A DNA stretch of 32,000 nt from Candidatus Saccharimonadota bacterium (GCF_014252315.1 NZ_CP059216.1:448038-480037), one strand, 5' to 3'. Positions 19,464-29,479 are shown, counted from the first letter of the stretch. Numbers and translations are program-made. The notes: generated by a model from the letters alone, not told the origin.

Positions 19464-21585
19464 TCTAAATGATATACAAAAAAAAATAATAAAAACAATT
19501 CATGGCCCTGTATTAGTCATTGCTGGAGCAGGTTCTGGAAAAACTAGAGTTATTGTATATCGTATCGCACATATGATACAAAACATGGGAATTAATCCAT
19601 GTAATATATTGACATTAACTTTTACAAATAAATCTGCTATAGAAATGAAAAATAGAATATCCATTTTTATTAATGATTTAGAACTAAATAAATTAAATAT
19701 AGGAACATTTCATTCTATCTTTTCTAAAATATTAAGACATGAATCTAAATATATAGGATATGATTCAAATTATACAATATATGATAAAAAAGATTCAGAA
19801 AATATTATTAAAAAAATATTAGAAAAATTAAAATTAGATAAAATTTTTAATTTCAAAACTATAACAAAAATAATATCTAATTATAAAAATAATTTTTCTT
19901 TTTCAGAAAATATAAAAATTAAAAAATCATTTAAAGAAATATATGATTGTTATGTTAAACAATGTTTTAAATCAAAAGCACTAGATTTTGATGATATATT
20001 ATTATATACTAATTATATATTTTATTACTTTCCAGAAGTACTTATAAAATATCAGAATAAATTTAAATATATTTTAATTGATGAATACCAAGATACTAAT
20101 ATTATACAACATAATATTATAAAGCATTTATCTATTAAAAATAAAAATATTTTTGTAGTTGGAGATGATTTTCAAAATATTTATACTTTTCGTGGAGCTA
20201 AAGTATCTAATATTAAAAATTTTCATATTGAATATAATAAAACTAAAATATTTTATTTAGAACAAAATTATAGATCTACTGATTATATTGTTAAAGCATC
20301 TAATAAAATTATTTCTTTTAATAAAAATCAAATATTAAAAAATGTTTGGACAAATAATGAAAAAGGTGAAAAAATAAAAATATACGGGGCTTATTCTGAT
20401 AGAGAAGAAGCTCAATATATAGTAGAATCTATTATTTCTATTAAAAAAAATAGTAAATATCAATATAAAGATTTTTCTATTTTATATAGAACAAATTCTC
20501 AATCATATATTATTGAATATGTTTTAAAAAATAATAAAATTCCATATAAAATATATGGTAATATATCTTTAGAAAAAAGAAAAGAAATTAAAGATATACT
20601 ATCATATCTAAATTTTATAAATAATCCTAATGACGAAGAATCATTAAGTAAAATTCTAAAAATAAATACAAAAAATAAAGAATTTATAAATTTTATTATA
20701 AAATCAACAAGAGAAAGAGAAAATAATGTATTTAATATAATTCAAAATATTAATTCAGTTCATAAAACATTAATGATAAACAAAAAAATTAAAAATAAAA
20801 TTCAATATATATTTTATATATTAAAAAAAATTTTTTTGATAAAAAATAAGATAAATGCTTATGAAATAATAGAAAACATAATTAACAATATTTTTTTACA
20901 TGAAAAATATTACAATAATAAATCAATTGTTAGATTAAAATATTTTTTTTTACAAGAAAAAAAATTAGAAATAAAAAAAAATATTAGTATTACAGAATTT
21001 TTACAAGATTTTTATTTTGAAGAAAAAAATAATATAAGTAAAGAACATGAATATGTAAAAAATGATAAAGTATCTTTAATGACTGTACATTTATCTAAAG
21101 GATTAGAATTTCCAGTCGTATTTATTACTGGATTAGAAGAAAATATTTTTCCATCAACAAAATTTAATTTAAATGTTGATACAAAAAAAATAGAAGAAGA
21201 ACGTAGATTGTTTTACGTTGCAATTACAAGAGCAAAAAAATTAGCTATTTTAACATATGCAAAATATAGATTTTTATGGGGAAACAAAAAAATAAATGAT
21301 CCTAGTCGTTTTATTAATGAAATAAGTAAAGATTTTATTAGTATAGATAACATAAATACTAAAAAAATAAATAATATAAAATGTTTTAATAGTTTAAAAT
21401 ATTATGATGAAAAAAAATATAATTTATCAAAAATAATAAAAAAAGGAGAAAAAGTATTTCATAAAAAATTTGGATTAGGTATTGTATTATATTTGCAAAA
21501 TAATAATCAAATAGCTACTATTAAATTTCAAAAATTAGGAGTAAAAAAAATACTATTAAAATTAAATAAACTTATTACTTTATAA
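19444..21585 (+). CDS. uvrD: UvrD/PcrA/Rep-family (SF1A) DNA helicase
   Basis: The protein contains LNDIQKK..VIAGAGSGKT, IDEYQDTN, GDDFQNIYTFRGA, QNYRS, TVHLSKGLEFP and RRLFYVAITRAK. Its start overlaps the recG 3' end by 20 nt. Whether it is UvrD, PcrA or Rep is not resolvable by eye. Confidence 0.9.
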   Translation: MKICFNNLNDIQKKIIKTIHGPVLVIAGAGSGKTRVIVYRIAHMIQNMGINPCNILTLTFTNKSAIEMKNRISIFINDLELNKLNIGTFHSIFSKILRHESKYIGYDSNYTIYDKKDSENIIKKILEKLKLDKIFNFKTITKIISNYKNNFSFSENIKIKKSFKEIYDCYVKQCFKSKALDFDDILLYTNYIFYYFPEVLIKYQNKFKYILIDEYQDTNIIQHNIIKHLSIKNKNIFVVGDDFQNIYTFRGAKVSNIKNFHIEYNKTKIFYLEQNYRSTDYIVKASNKIISFNKNQILKNVWTNNEKGEKIKIYGAYSDREEAQYIVESIISIKKNSKYQYKDFSILYRTNSQSYIIEYVLKNNKIPYKIYGNISLEKRKEIKDILSYLNFINNPNDEESLSKILKINTKNKEFINFIIKSTRERENNVFNIIQNINSVHKTLMINKKIKNKIQYIFYILKKIFLIKNKINAYEIIENIINNIFLHEKYYNNKSIVRLKYFFLQEKKLEIKKNISITEFLQDFYFEEKNNISKEHEYVKNDKVSLMTVHLSKGLEFPVVFITGLEENIFPSTKFNLNVDTKKIEEERRLFYVAITRAKKLAILTYAKYRFLWGNKKINDPSRFINEISKDFISIDNINTKKINNIKCFNSLKYYDEKKYNLSKIIKKGEKVFHKKFGLGIVLYLQNNNQIATIKFQKLGVKKILLKLNKLITL

Positions 21586-21650
21586 TAATAGTCAAAGTTT
21601 ATAAACTTATAATAATTAGTTTTATAAAAAAACAGTTTTTACAAAATAAA

Positions 21651-22658
21651 ATGAACAAACTAAAAAAGTTTCATTACAGTAGTTTTTTTATACAAAAAAT
21701 AATTTTTTTTGTAGCTATTATTTTATTTTTTATAAAATTTATTAGTTGGCATATAACTTTATCTCTATCTATATTTAGTGATGCAATGGAAAGTTTGATA
21801 AATATAGTTAGTGGATTTATAGGATTATGCAGTTTATATATATCTTCTTTGCCTAAAGATAGAAATCATCCATATGGACATGGAAAAATAGAATTTATAT
21901 CTACTGCAATAGAAGGTTTTTTAATTTTTATTATAGGAATAACTGTATTTATAAATACTTTTATAAGAATAAAAAATAATTATAATAAATTTTATTTATT
22001 AAAATTAGATTATGGTATAATATTAATGTTTATAACTGCAATAATCAATTATATATTAGGAATATGGGCTTGTAAAATAGGTAATAAAAATGGAACTATA
22101 ACTTTAATAGCTAGTGGAAAACATCTTCAAATAGATACTTATTCCACAATTGGAATTATAATTGGATTAATATTTTTAAATAAAACTAAATGTACATGGA
22201 TAGATTCTTTTATATCCATTATTTTTTCATGTATGATTTTATATACAGGAATAAAATTATTAAGAAATGCTGCTGCAGGAATTATGGATGAATACGATAA
22301 AAAACTTATTAAAAAACTATCTTTTTATCTTAATAAAAAAAGATCAATATACTGGATAGATTTACATCATTTAAAAATAATAAAATATGGAAGTGCCTTA
22401 CATATTGATTGTCATCTTACTGTTCCATGGTTTTTTAATATAAAAGATGCTAATAGGGAAGTTAAAATACTTACTCAATTAACTAGAAATAAATTTGGAA
22501 ATAAAGTTGATTTATCCGTGCATATAGATGCCTGCACTGATTATAATTGCATATTTTGTTATAATAACAAATGTAGATTTAGAAAAAAAAATTTTCAGAA
22601 TAAAATTTTATGGACGTTAAATGAAATATCTTATTTTAAAAAAAAAAATAAATATTAA
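21651..22658 (+). CDS. Cation diffusion facilitator family transporter
   Basis: The protein has about six hydrophobic helices, the motif SDAMESLINIVSG, HPYGHGKIEF, and a cytoplasmic C-terminal domain with a Cys-rich end (CTDYNCIFCYNNKC). Confidence 0.85.
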   Translation: MNKLKKFHYSSFFIQKIIFFVAIILFFIKFISWHITLSLSIFSDAMESLINIVSGFIGLCSLYISSLPKDRNHPYGHGKIEFISTAIEGFLIFIIGITVFINTFIRIKNNYNKFYLLKLDYGIILMFITAIINYILGIWACKIGNKNGTITLIASGKHLQIDTYSTIGIIIGLIFLNKTKCTWIDSFISIIFSCMILYTGIKLLRNAAAGIMDEYDKKLIKKLSFYLNKKRSIYWIDLHHLKIIKYGSALHIDCHLTVPWFFNIKDANREVKILTQLTRNKFGNKVDLSVHIDACTDYNCIFCYNNKCRFRKKNFQNKILWTLNEISYFKKKNKY

Positions 22659-22696
22659 AAAATAAGATTTTATTTTTATAAAAAATCTTTTTTTAA

Positions 22697-23299
22697 ATGG
22701 AATATAATACCAATCGTTTTAGATTAGTCATGCCAGAATATGGAAGAAATATTCACAAGATGATAGATATAGCAATAAAAATAAAAAATAAAAAAAAAAG
22801 AAACAAATTTGCATGTGAAATTATAAAATTAATGACAGAATTTGTCAAATATAAAAAAAAATTAATTCCATATTTTAAACATATATTATGGAATCAGTTA
22901 TTGATTATGTCTAATTATAAATTAGATATTGATTTACCATTTCCTATAGAACACAATAATGTAATTAAAAAACATTACTATAATAAAAAAATTAATTATC
23001 CAAAATATTTAAACGATTTTCGATATTATGGAAAAATTATAAGATATATGATAAATTCAGTAATAAATTGTAAAAATAAACTTAAAAAGAAAGAATTATT
23101 ATATTCTATCGCAAATACTATGAAAAAAAATTATTTAAGATGGAATAAAAATATAGTAGAAGATAATATAATATTTAAAGATTTAGAAAAACTTTCTAAA
23201 GGAAAAATATGTTTATTAAACAATAATACTCCATTATTGCAAAATTCTAAAATATTAAAAAAAATACGAATATATAAAAATAATAATGGGAATATTTAA
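22697..23299 (+). CDS. DUF4290 domain-containing protein (conserved Bacteroidota hypothetical)
   Basis: The N-terminus MEYNTNRFRLVMPEYGRNIHKMI matches the remembered DUF4290 signature (..PEYGRNI..M.). Its position immediately upstream of murA, overlapping it, is typical. Confidence 0.8.
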   Translation: MEYNTNRFRLVMPEYGRNIHKMIDIAIKIKNKKKRNKFACEIIKLMTEFVKYKKKLIPYFKHILWNQLLIMSNYKLDIDLPFPIEHNNVIKKHYYNKKINYPKYLNDFRYYGKIIRYMINSVINCKNKLKKKELLYSIANTMKKNYLRWNKNIVEDNIIFKDLEKLSKGKICLLNNNTPLLQNSKILKKIRIYKNNNGNI

Positions 23300-24599
23300 A
23301 ATAGAAGGTGGATACCCATTAAAAGGAGAAATAACACCACAAGGGTCTAAAAACGAATCTTTACAAATATTATGTGCTGTTTTATTAACTAAAGAAAAAT
23401 TAAGAATAAAAAATGTTCCAGAAATAGGAGATGTAAAATGTTTGATTAAAATACTTTATAAATTAGGTGTTATAGTAGAAAAAAATAATACTGGAGATTA
23501 TACTTTTCAAGCAAAAAATATAAATACTAAATATTTAAAAACAAAAGATTTTATTAATCTAGGAAAATCTATTAGAGGCTCTATTATGATAGCTGGACCA
23601 TTACTTAGTAGATATGGTAGTGTTAATATTCCAATTCCAGGTGGAGATAGAATTGGTCGTAGAAGACTTGATTCTCATTTAATAGGATTAAAATTACTAG
23701 GTGGAATAATACATTATAATGATATAAATAAAAATTTTTATTTACATACAAATCATAAAAAATTAATTGGAACATATATTTTAATGGAAGAAGCTTCAAT
23801 AACAGGAACTGCTAATATTATAATGGCAGCTTCTTTAGCTAAAGGATTAACTACAATATATAATGCAGCTTGTGAACCATATATTCAACAATTATGTAGA
23901 TTTTTAAATAAAATGGGAGCAAAAATTTCAGGAATTGGAACAAATTTACTTAAAATAAAAGGAGTAAATAATTTAAAAGGTTGTTCTCATAATATACTTC
24001 CAGATATGATAGAAATTGGAAGTTGGATTGGATTAGCCGCAACTACACGTTCTGAAATTAGAATAAAAAATGTTAGTTGGAAAAATTTAGGAATAATTCC
24101 TAATATTTTTATTAAAATGGGAATAAAATTAAAAAAAAAAAAAGATGATATTTATATTTTTCCACAAGAATCTTATAATATAAAAAAATTATTTAATAAT
24201 TCAATATTAACAATATCAGATTCTCCTTGGCCAGGATTGACTCCAGATTTACTTAGTATTTTAATTGTAGTAGCAACACAAGCTAATGGTAGTGTTTTGA
24301 TTCATCAAAAAATGTTTGAAAGCAGATTATTTTTTGTAGATAAACTAATTGATATGGGTGCTCAAATAATATTATGTGATCCTCATAGAGCTACTGTAAT
24401 AGGATTAGATCATAAATCTTATTTACGAGGTTCTATATTAAACTCTCCTGATATAAGAGCAGGAATTTCATTACTTATAGCAGCTTTATCTGCTAAAGGT
24501 ATTAGTATAATAAAAAATATTGAACAAATAGATAGAGGATACGAAAATATAGATAAAAGATTACGCAATATAGGTGCAAAAATTATAAGAATAGACTAA
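23286..24599 (+). CDS. murA: UDP-N-acetylglucosamine 1-carboxyvinyltransferase
   Basis: The protein contains FKIEGGYPLKGEI..QGSKNESLQ and the active-site loop PGGDRIGRRRLD (Asp where E. coli has Cys115). The C-terminal IDRGYENIDKRL is typical. It overlaps the upstream gene by 14 nt. Confidence 0.96.
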   Translation: MGIFKIEGGYPLKGEITPQGSKNESLQILCAVLLTKEKLRIKNVPEIGDVKCLIKILYKLGVIVEKNNTGDYTFQAKNINTKYLKTKDFINLGKSIRGSIMIAGPLLSRYGSVNIPIPGGDRIGRRRLDSHLIGLKLLGGIIHYNDINKNFYLHTNHKKLIGTYILMEEASITGTANIIMAASLAKGLTTIYNAACEPYIQQLCRFLNKMGAKISGIGTNLLKIKGVNNLKGCSHNILPDMIEIGSWIGLAATTRSEIRIKNVSWKNLGIIPNIFIKMGIKLKKKKDDIYIFPQESYNIKKLFNNSILTISDSPWPGLTPDLLSILIVVATQANGSVLIHQKMFESRLFFVDKLIDMGAQIILCDPHRATVIGLDHKSYLRGSILNSPDIRAGISLLIAALSAKGISIIKNIEQIDRGYENIDKRLRNIGAKIIRID

Positions 24600-24658
24600 A
24601 ATATTAAAAAATTTTTTAGATTTAATACTTTTAAAAAAAATAATAATGAAAAAAAAAC

Positions 24659-25144
24659 ATGAAAAAATTCGAATATATAACTAAAAAAGGATTAATAAAA
24701 TTACAAAAAGAAATAGAAAGATTAGAAAACATAGAACGTTCTAAAATATCTATACAAATAGCAGAAGCTAGAGATAAAGGAGATTTATCAGAAAATGCCG
24801 AATATGATGCAATAAAAGAAGCTCAAGGATTATTAGAAATGAATATTTCTAAATTAAAAAAAAAATTATATAACGCAAGAATTATAGATAAAAAACAAAT
24901 AAATAAAACTAGAGTATCAATATTATCTACAGTAAAAGTATTAAATATTGATAACAAAATAGAAAATATATACACTATAGTTCCAGAAGGTGAAGCTGAT
25001 TTAAAATCAGGAAAAATATCTGTAAAAACACCTATATCTATGGGATTACTAGGAAAACAAGTAGGAAAAATTGCTAATATTAAATTACCAAATAATATGA
25101 TAATAAATTATAAAATATTAGAAATAACTTTTAATGAAATATAA
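24659..25144 (+). CDS. greA: Transcription elongation factor GreA
   Basis: The 161-aa protein has a coiled-coil N-terminus with ARDKGDLSENAEYDAIKEAQ and a C-terminal FKBP-like domain. Confidence 0.95.
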   Translation: MKKFEYITKKGLIKLQKEIERLENIERSKISIQIAEARDKGDLSENAEYDAIKEAQGLLEMNISKLKKKLYNARIIDKKQINKTRVSILSTVKVLNIDNKIENIYTIVPEGEADLKSGKISVKTPISMGLLGKQVGKIANIKLPNNMIINYKILEITFNEI

Positions 25145-25538
25145 TATTTTTCATAAAATAATAAATAATAAAATTGAATGCTATAAATTAGCAGAAGATT
25201 ATAATCATATAGCTTTTTTAGATATTTTTCCCTTAAAAATAGGACATACTTTAGTCATTCCAAAAAATATATATAAAGATAAAATTTTTTCTTTATCAGA
25301 AAAAAATTATATATCTATAATGATTTTTTCTAGAAAAGTTGCAATAGGATTGGAAAAATCTATTCCTTGTAAAAGAATTGGAATGTTTATTATGGGATTT
25401 GAAATTCCACATATTCACATTCATCTAATTCCTATGGATAAAGAATCTGATTGTGATTTTTTTAAAAAAAGAATTTCTTTATCAAAAAATAAAATGAATT
25501 TTTTATCAAAAAGAATTAAAAAATTTATAATTTTGTAA
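25134..25538 (+). CDS. HIT (histidine triad) family protein
   Basis: The histidine triad PHIHIHLIP is present, as is N-terminal IFHKIINNKIECYKLAEDYNHIAFLDIFP. It overlaps greA by 11 nt. Confidence 0.88.
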   Translation: MKYNIFHKIINNKIECYKLAEDYNHIAFLDIFPLKIGHTLVIPKNIYKDKIFSLSEKNYISIMIFSRKVAIGLEKSIPCKRIGMFIMGFEIPHIHIHLIPMDKESDCDFFKKRISLSKNKMNFLSKRIKKFIIL

Positions 25539-25557
25539 TTTTAAAAAATTAACTAAT

Positions 25558-26331
25558 TTAATTACAATCAAATAAAATTTTAAGACCTTTTATTGTATGT
25601 AGTTTATCTTTAATATGAATTTTATTTGTTAGTGGAGTATATATATGGGATAATCCTCCTGTAGATACAACAAAACATTTTTCCTTTAATTCATTATTAA
25701 TTCTGTTAATTAATCCTTCAACCATACTCAAATATCCATATATAATTCCACTTTGAATACATGATTCAGTATTAATTCCTAATATACTAGAAGGTTTTTT
25801 TAATTCTATTTGAGATAATTGAGATGTATTTTTAATTAATGAATTTAAAGAAATATTAATTCCTGGAGAAATAATTACCCCTTTAATTGTTCTATATTTA
25901 TCAATACAAATTAAACTTAATGCAGTCCCAAAATCTATTACTAATGTTGTTTTTTTATAAATTATATATGCTGCTATTGCATTTGCATATAAATCTGTTC
26001 CCAACTGATGAAAATTATGTTCTTTTATAGGTGATTTTGAATATTTATTTACTATTAATGGATTTATTTTATGTATTTCATATATAGATTGATATATAAC
26101 ATTAGTTAATTGAGGAACAACTGATCCAATTACTATATTCTTTATTTGTTTTAAAAAAATTTTTTTTTGATCATATATATTTTTAAATAATAAAATATAT
26201 TCATCTGATGATTTATATGGAATACTACTAATTATCCAAGAATGATTACATTGTAAGTTTTCAGTTTTATCATTATGTTTAAATAAACCAAATCTAATAT
26301 TTGAATTTCCTATATTTATAGTTAACAACAT
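25558..26331 (-). CDS. coaX: Type III pantothenate kinase
   Basis: The protein contains LLTINIGNSNIRFGL (the DxGNT-like phosphate-1 motif), GTDLYANAIAA and VSTGG. The 257-aa length is right for the family. Confidence 0.9.
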   Translation of the reverse strand: MLLTINIGNSNIRFGLFKHNDKTENLQCNHSWIISSIPYKSSDEYILLFKNIYDQKKIFLKQIKNIVIGSVVPQLTNVIYQSIYEIHKINPLIVNKYSKSPIKEHNFHQLGTDLYANAIAAYIIYKKTTLVIDFGTALSLICIDKYRTIKGVIISPGINISLNSLIKNTSQLSQIELKKPSSILGINTESCIQSGIIYGYLSMVEGLINRINNELKEKCFVVSTGGLSHIYTPLTNKIHIKDKLHTIKGLKILFDCN

Positions 26332-26386
26332 ATATAATTTAATATTTACATAAATTGAAAATAAACTATTAGTAATAAAACAAATA

Positions 26387-26394
26387 CAAATTTA
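26387..26394 (-). promoter_or_regulatory. Candidate -7 promoter element TAAATTTG upstream of coaX
   Basis: The reverse complement of 26387-26394 is taaatttg, which matches TAnnTTTG about 56 nt upstream of the coaX ATG. This is a motif match only. Confidence 0.3.
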
Positions 26395-26450
26395 TAATAT
26401 CAATAATAATTACTTTTTAACTTTATTTTAATTAAAACCATAATAATTTT

Positions 26451-27257
26451 GTGAAAAAAAATTTAGTTCATACAATAGATAATTTTAATTTATTTTCATT
26501 AAATAATAAAAATATACCAACAATAATATTGATTCATGGATTTATGGGAAATATAAATGTTTGGAATAATTTATATAATTCATTATACAATAAATATAAA
26601 TTTATATTAGTAGATATTCCAGGACATGGAAATAATATTTTTTATAAAAATTATAATTATACTATAGATAATATAGCAAATGATATTATAGATAATATTT
26701 TGAATAAAAATATAAATAATGCAATTTTTGTAGGTCATTCTATGGGTGGATATATTTCTTTGTCTATTGCAGAAAAATATCCAAAATTATTTTCTGGATT
26801 ATGTCTTTTACATTCTACAGCATCATCTGATAATCAAGAAAAAAAAAAAGTTCGTATTAATTCAATTCAATTAATAAAAAAAAATTATTCATTATTTATT
26901 GAAAAAAGTGTAAAAAGTTGGTTTAATCCAAAAAAAATTTTTTTATTAGAAAAAGAAATTAATTTTATAAAAAAAATAGCTAAATCAACATATCTTGATT
27001 GTATAATTCCTTTATTAATAAGTATGGCATTTCGTAAAAATAGACAATTTTTGTTAAAAAAAACACTATTTCCAAAATTATATATAGTTGGAAAATATGA
27101 TTTAATTTTAGATAAAAATAAAATATATAAAGAAATAAAATCAGGATTTAAAACTAATATTATAGAAATTCCTACTGGACATATGGGCCATATTGAATGT
27201 CCAGATTTATTATTAAAAATAATAAAAAATTTTATACATTTTATTTATAGAAAATGA
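26451..27257 (+). CDS. Alpha/beta-fold hydrolase (possibly MenH-like; specific function not assignable)
   Basis: The protein has the oxyanion strand ILIHGFMG, the nucleophile elbow GHSMGG and a C-terminal catalytic His in GHMGHIECP. GTG at 26451 is the only start ahead of the conserved core. Confidence 0.8.
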   Translation: MKKNLVHTIDNFNLFSLNNKNIPTIILIHGFMGNINVWNNLYNSLYNKYKFILVDIPGHGNNIFYKNYNYTIDNIANDIIDNILNKNINNAIFVGHSMGGYISLSIAEKYPKLFSGLCLLHSTASSDNQEKKKVRINSIQLIKKNYSLFIEKSVKSWFNPKKIFLLEKEINFIKKIAKSTYLDCIIPLLISMAFRKNRQFLLKKTLFPKLYIVGKYDLILDKNKIYKEIKSGFKTNIIEIPTGHMGHIECPDLLLKIIKNFIHFIYRK

Positions 27258-27880
27258 AACTTTTTAAAAAAGTTATTAGAAAAATATATTTACAAAAAAG
27301 ATTTTTTTTATCAAAAAAAAATATTGATAATTTAAGTTTTAAAATTTTTTTTCAAATAAAAAAAATATCTATATGGGATAAAAAATATTATCATATTTTT
27401 TTACCAATAAAAAAATTTAATGAAGTTAATACATTAATTATTGTTAATTTTTTATTAAAAATAAATAAATATATTACTGTTCCAGTATCAAATTTTAATA
27501 ATAATTCTATTAATAATTGTCTTTTTATAAAAAAAAATTATATAAAAAAAAATAAATATGGTATTTTAGAACCTAAAAATAAAATATTTATACCTCCTAT
27601 TTTTATTGATGTAATATTTATCCCTTTATTAATGTTTGATTTTAATGGATATAGAGTAGGATATGGAAAAGGTTTTTACGATAATTTCTTACAATCATGT
27701 AACAATAATGTTATTAAAATAGGATTAAATTTTTTTAATCCTAAATATTTCATTAAAGATATTAATAATAATGATTTACGTTTAGATATAGGAGTAACTC
27801 CAAACAATATTTTATTTTTTAATAATTTAATAGAAAAAAAATTTAAAAATATCCCATATAATAACAGTAATCATCATTAA
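27254..27880 (+). CDS. 5-formyltetrahydrofolate cyclo-ligase
   Basis: The family motif GYRVGYGKGFYD is present, with the preceding VPV/EP region. An ATGA overlap links it to the upstream gene. Its last 54 nt overlap the convergent rseP 3' end. Confidence 0.85.
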   Translation: MKLFKKVIRKIYLQKRFFLSKKNIDNLSFKIFFQIKKISIWDKKYYHIFLPIKKFNEVNTLIIVNFLLKINKYITVPVSNFNNNSINNCLFIKKNYIKKNKYGILEPKNKIFIPPIFIDVIFIPLLMFDFNGYRVGYGKGFYDNFLQSCNNNVIKIGLNFFNPKYFIKDINNNDLRLDIGVTPNNILFFNNLIEKKFKNIPYNNSNHH

Positions 27881-29149
27881 TATCATAAATAAAAAACCAA
27901 CAATATTAAAAAAATCCATTATATTATTATTTATTTTTTTTCCAATTAACATTTCTAACATAATAAATAATATATATCCTCCATCTAAAGATGGAATAGG
28001 AATTAAATTTAAAAAGGCGATCCATATAGATAATGTAGCAGTTAAATTAAAAAAAATATTCCAATCCCATTCACTAGGAAATTCTTTAACTATAGAAAAA
28101 AAACTACCTACATGTTTATATGCCTTAGTTTTTATATTAAAAATATTTTTTAATAATAAAATATGATTTTTTAAAACTTTACAAGTTTTTATAATTCCTT
28201 GTATAAAACTATCATATATAGAATATTGTTTTTTTTCTATATGAAAAATATCATTCATATTAATAAAATTTTTTAAAAATATTCCTTCAATTTTATTTGA
28301 ATCAAATAATAACTTTTTTTGAATAAAATTTCCGTTTCTATTAATACCTATTATCACAAAAAACTTTTTTTTATCTATATTTTTGGTAAAAATATTTTTT
28401 AATTGATCTTGAAAAATTATTGGTTTATAATTTATAGATATTAATTCATCATTTGATCTTAATCCATATTTATCAAATTCAGATCCTTTAATTATATGAT
28501 TAATAATAACAGGAATACGTGGATATAACAAAAAATTTATTTTTTTTCTATCAAAAAAAAATTGTTTTTTATTATATAAAAATAATTTTATTATATTTCC
28601 TTTTCTATTTATAATAGCTACATTTCCTAACAACAATTCTCTTGTAAGATCATTAAAATTACGTATATATGTTTCATCTACATACAAAATTTTATCTCCA
28701 TTTTTTAATCCTATTTTTTCTCCTACATAATCTACTTCAATTCCATATGGAACATTCTTATTAGTAAGATTAGTTTCTCCATTATTAAATAATAACAAAG
28801 AAAAAATTAAAATTGATAAAATAATATTTGCAATTATTCCTCCTGAAATGATTAATAATCTTTTTATTGATGATTTAGAATAAAACTTATAATTTTTATT
28901 ATCTTTATTATTTTTATCATTAGGATTAATTATTCCAGATATTTTAATATACCCTCCTAATGGAATCCATCCTATTCCATAAATAGTTTTACCTATTTTT
29001 TTTTTAAAAATAGAAAACCATGGATCAAAAAATAAAAAAAATTTTTCTACTCTAACTTTAAATAAAATAGCTAAAATATAATGACCTAATTCATGAACTA
29101 AAATAAGTATTGAAACACTAGTAATAAGCTGTATAGATCGTATAAGCAT
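27827..29149 (-). CDS. rseP: RIP (site-2) zinc metalloprotease RseP
   Basis: The protein has HELGHY (HExxH) in the first TM helix, a central PDZ-like region and the LNLIPIPSLDGG (NxxPxxxLDG) motif near the C-terminus. Confidence 0.9.
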   Translation of the reverse strand: MLIRSIQLITSVSILILVHELGHYILAILFKVRVEKFFLFFDPWFSIFKKKIGKTIYGIGWIPLGGYIKISGIINPNDKNNKDNKNYKFYSKSSIKRLLIISGGIIANIILSILIFSLLLFNNGETNLTNKNVPYGIEVDYVGEKIGLKNGDKILYVDETYIRNFNDLTRELLLGNVAIINRKGNIIKLFLYNKKQFFFDRKKINFLLYPRIPVIINHIIKGSEFDKYGLRSNDELISINYKPIIFQDQLKNIFTKNIDKKKFFVIIGINRNGNFIQKKLLFDSNKIEGIFLKNFINMNDIFHIEKKQYSIYDSFIQGIIKTCKVLKNHILLLKNIFNIKTKAYKHVGSFFSIVKEFPSEWDWNIFFNLTATLSIWIAFLNLIPIPSLDGGYILFIMLEMLIGKKINNNIMDFFNIVGFLFMILMMITVIIWDIFKFFFY

Positions 29150-29203
29150 AAATATTATTTCTCAAATAATTTTAATAGATATTTAAAAGGATATAAATAT
29201 TAA

Positions 29204-29479
29204 TTGCCAATTATTATTTATTTTAATACGAACAACTTAATATACAAAAAAAATTTGAATTTATCTGATCTTAAAAAAGGTGAAAAAGGAATTATTAAAG
29301 GATATAAAAATTATAATTTTCCAATAAAATTACTAGAACTAGGGGTTCTACCTGGAGTAGAATTTGAAATACTTTTTGTATCCATATTTTGTGATCCATT
29401 ATGTATAAGCTATGATCATTTTTGTTTAGTTTTAAGAAAAAAAGAAGCAAACAATATTTTAATTGAACCTATTATCTAA
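29204..29479 (+). CDS. feoA: Ferrous iron transport protein A
   Basis: The protein has an SH3-like FeoA core (LSDLKKGEKGIIKGY...LLELGVLPGVEFEI) directly upstream of feoB. No ATG is available. The start is TTG at 29204 or TTG at 29255; the latter gives a more typical 74-aa protein. Confidence 0.8.
   Translation: MPIIIYFNTNNLIYKKNLNLSDLKKGEKGIIKGYKNYNFPIKLLELGVLPGVEFEILFVSIFCDPLCISYDHFCLVLRKKEANNILIEPII

Noticed and set aside
21595-21608. 14-bp perfect palindrome aagtttataaactt after uvrD, considered as a terminator
   Set aside because: The stem is only 5 bp and all-weak, with a 4-nt loop and no clear T-tract directly after it. It is too weak to call in DNA where such palindromes arise by chance.
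26443-26450. TAATTTTG (a match to the -7 promoter consensus) directly abutting the GTG start of the alpha/beta hydrolase
   Set aside because: A -7 box at this position would start transcription inside the ORF. No downstream start codon precedes the conserved ILIHGF strand. I treat it as a chance match.
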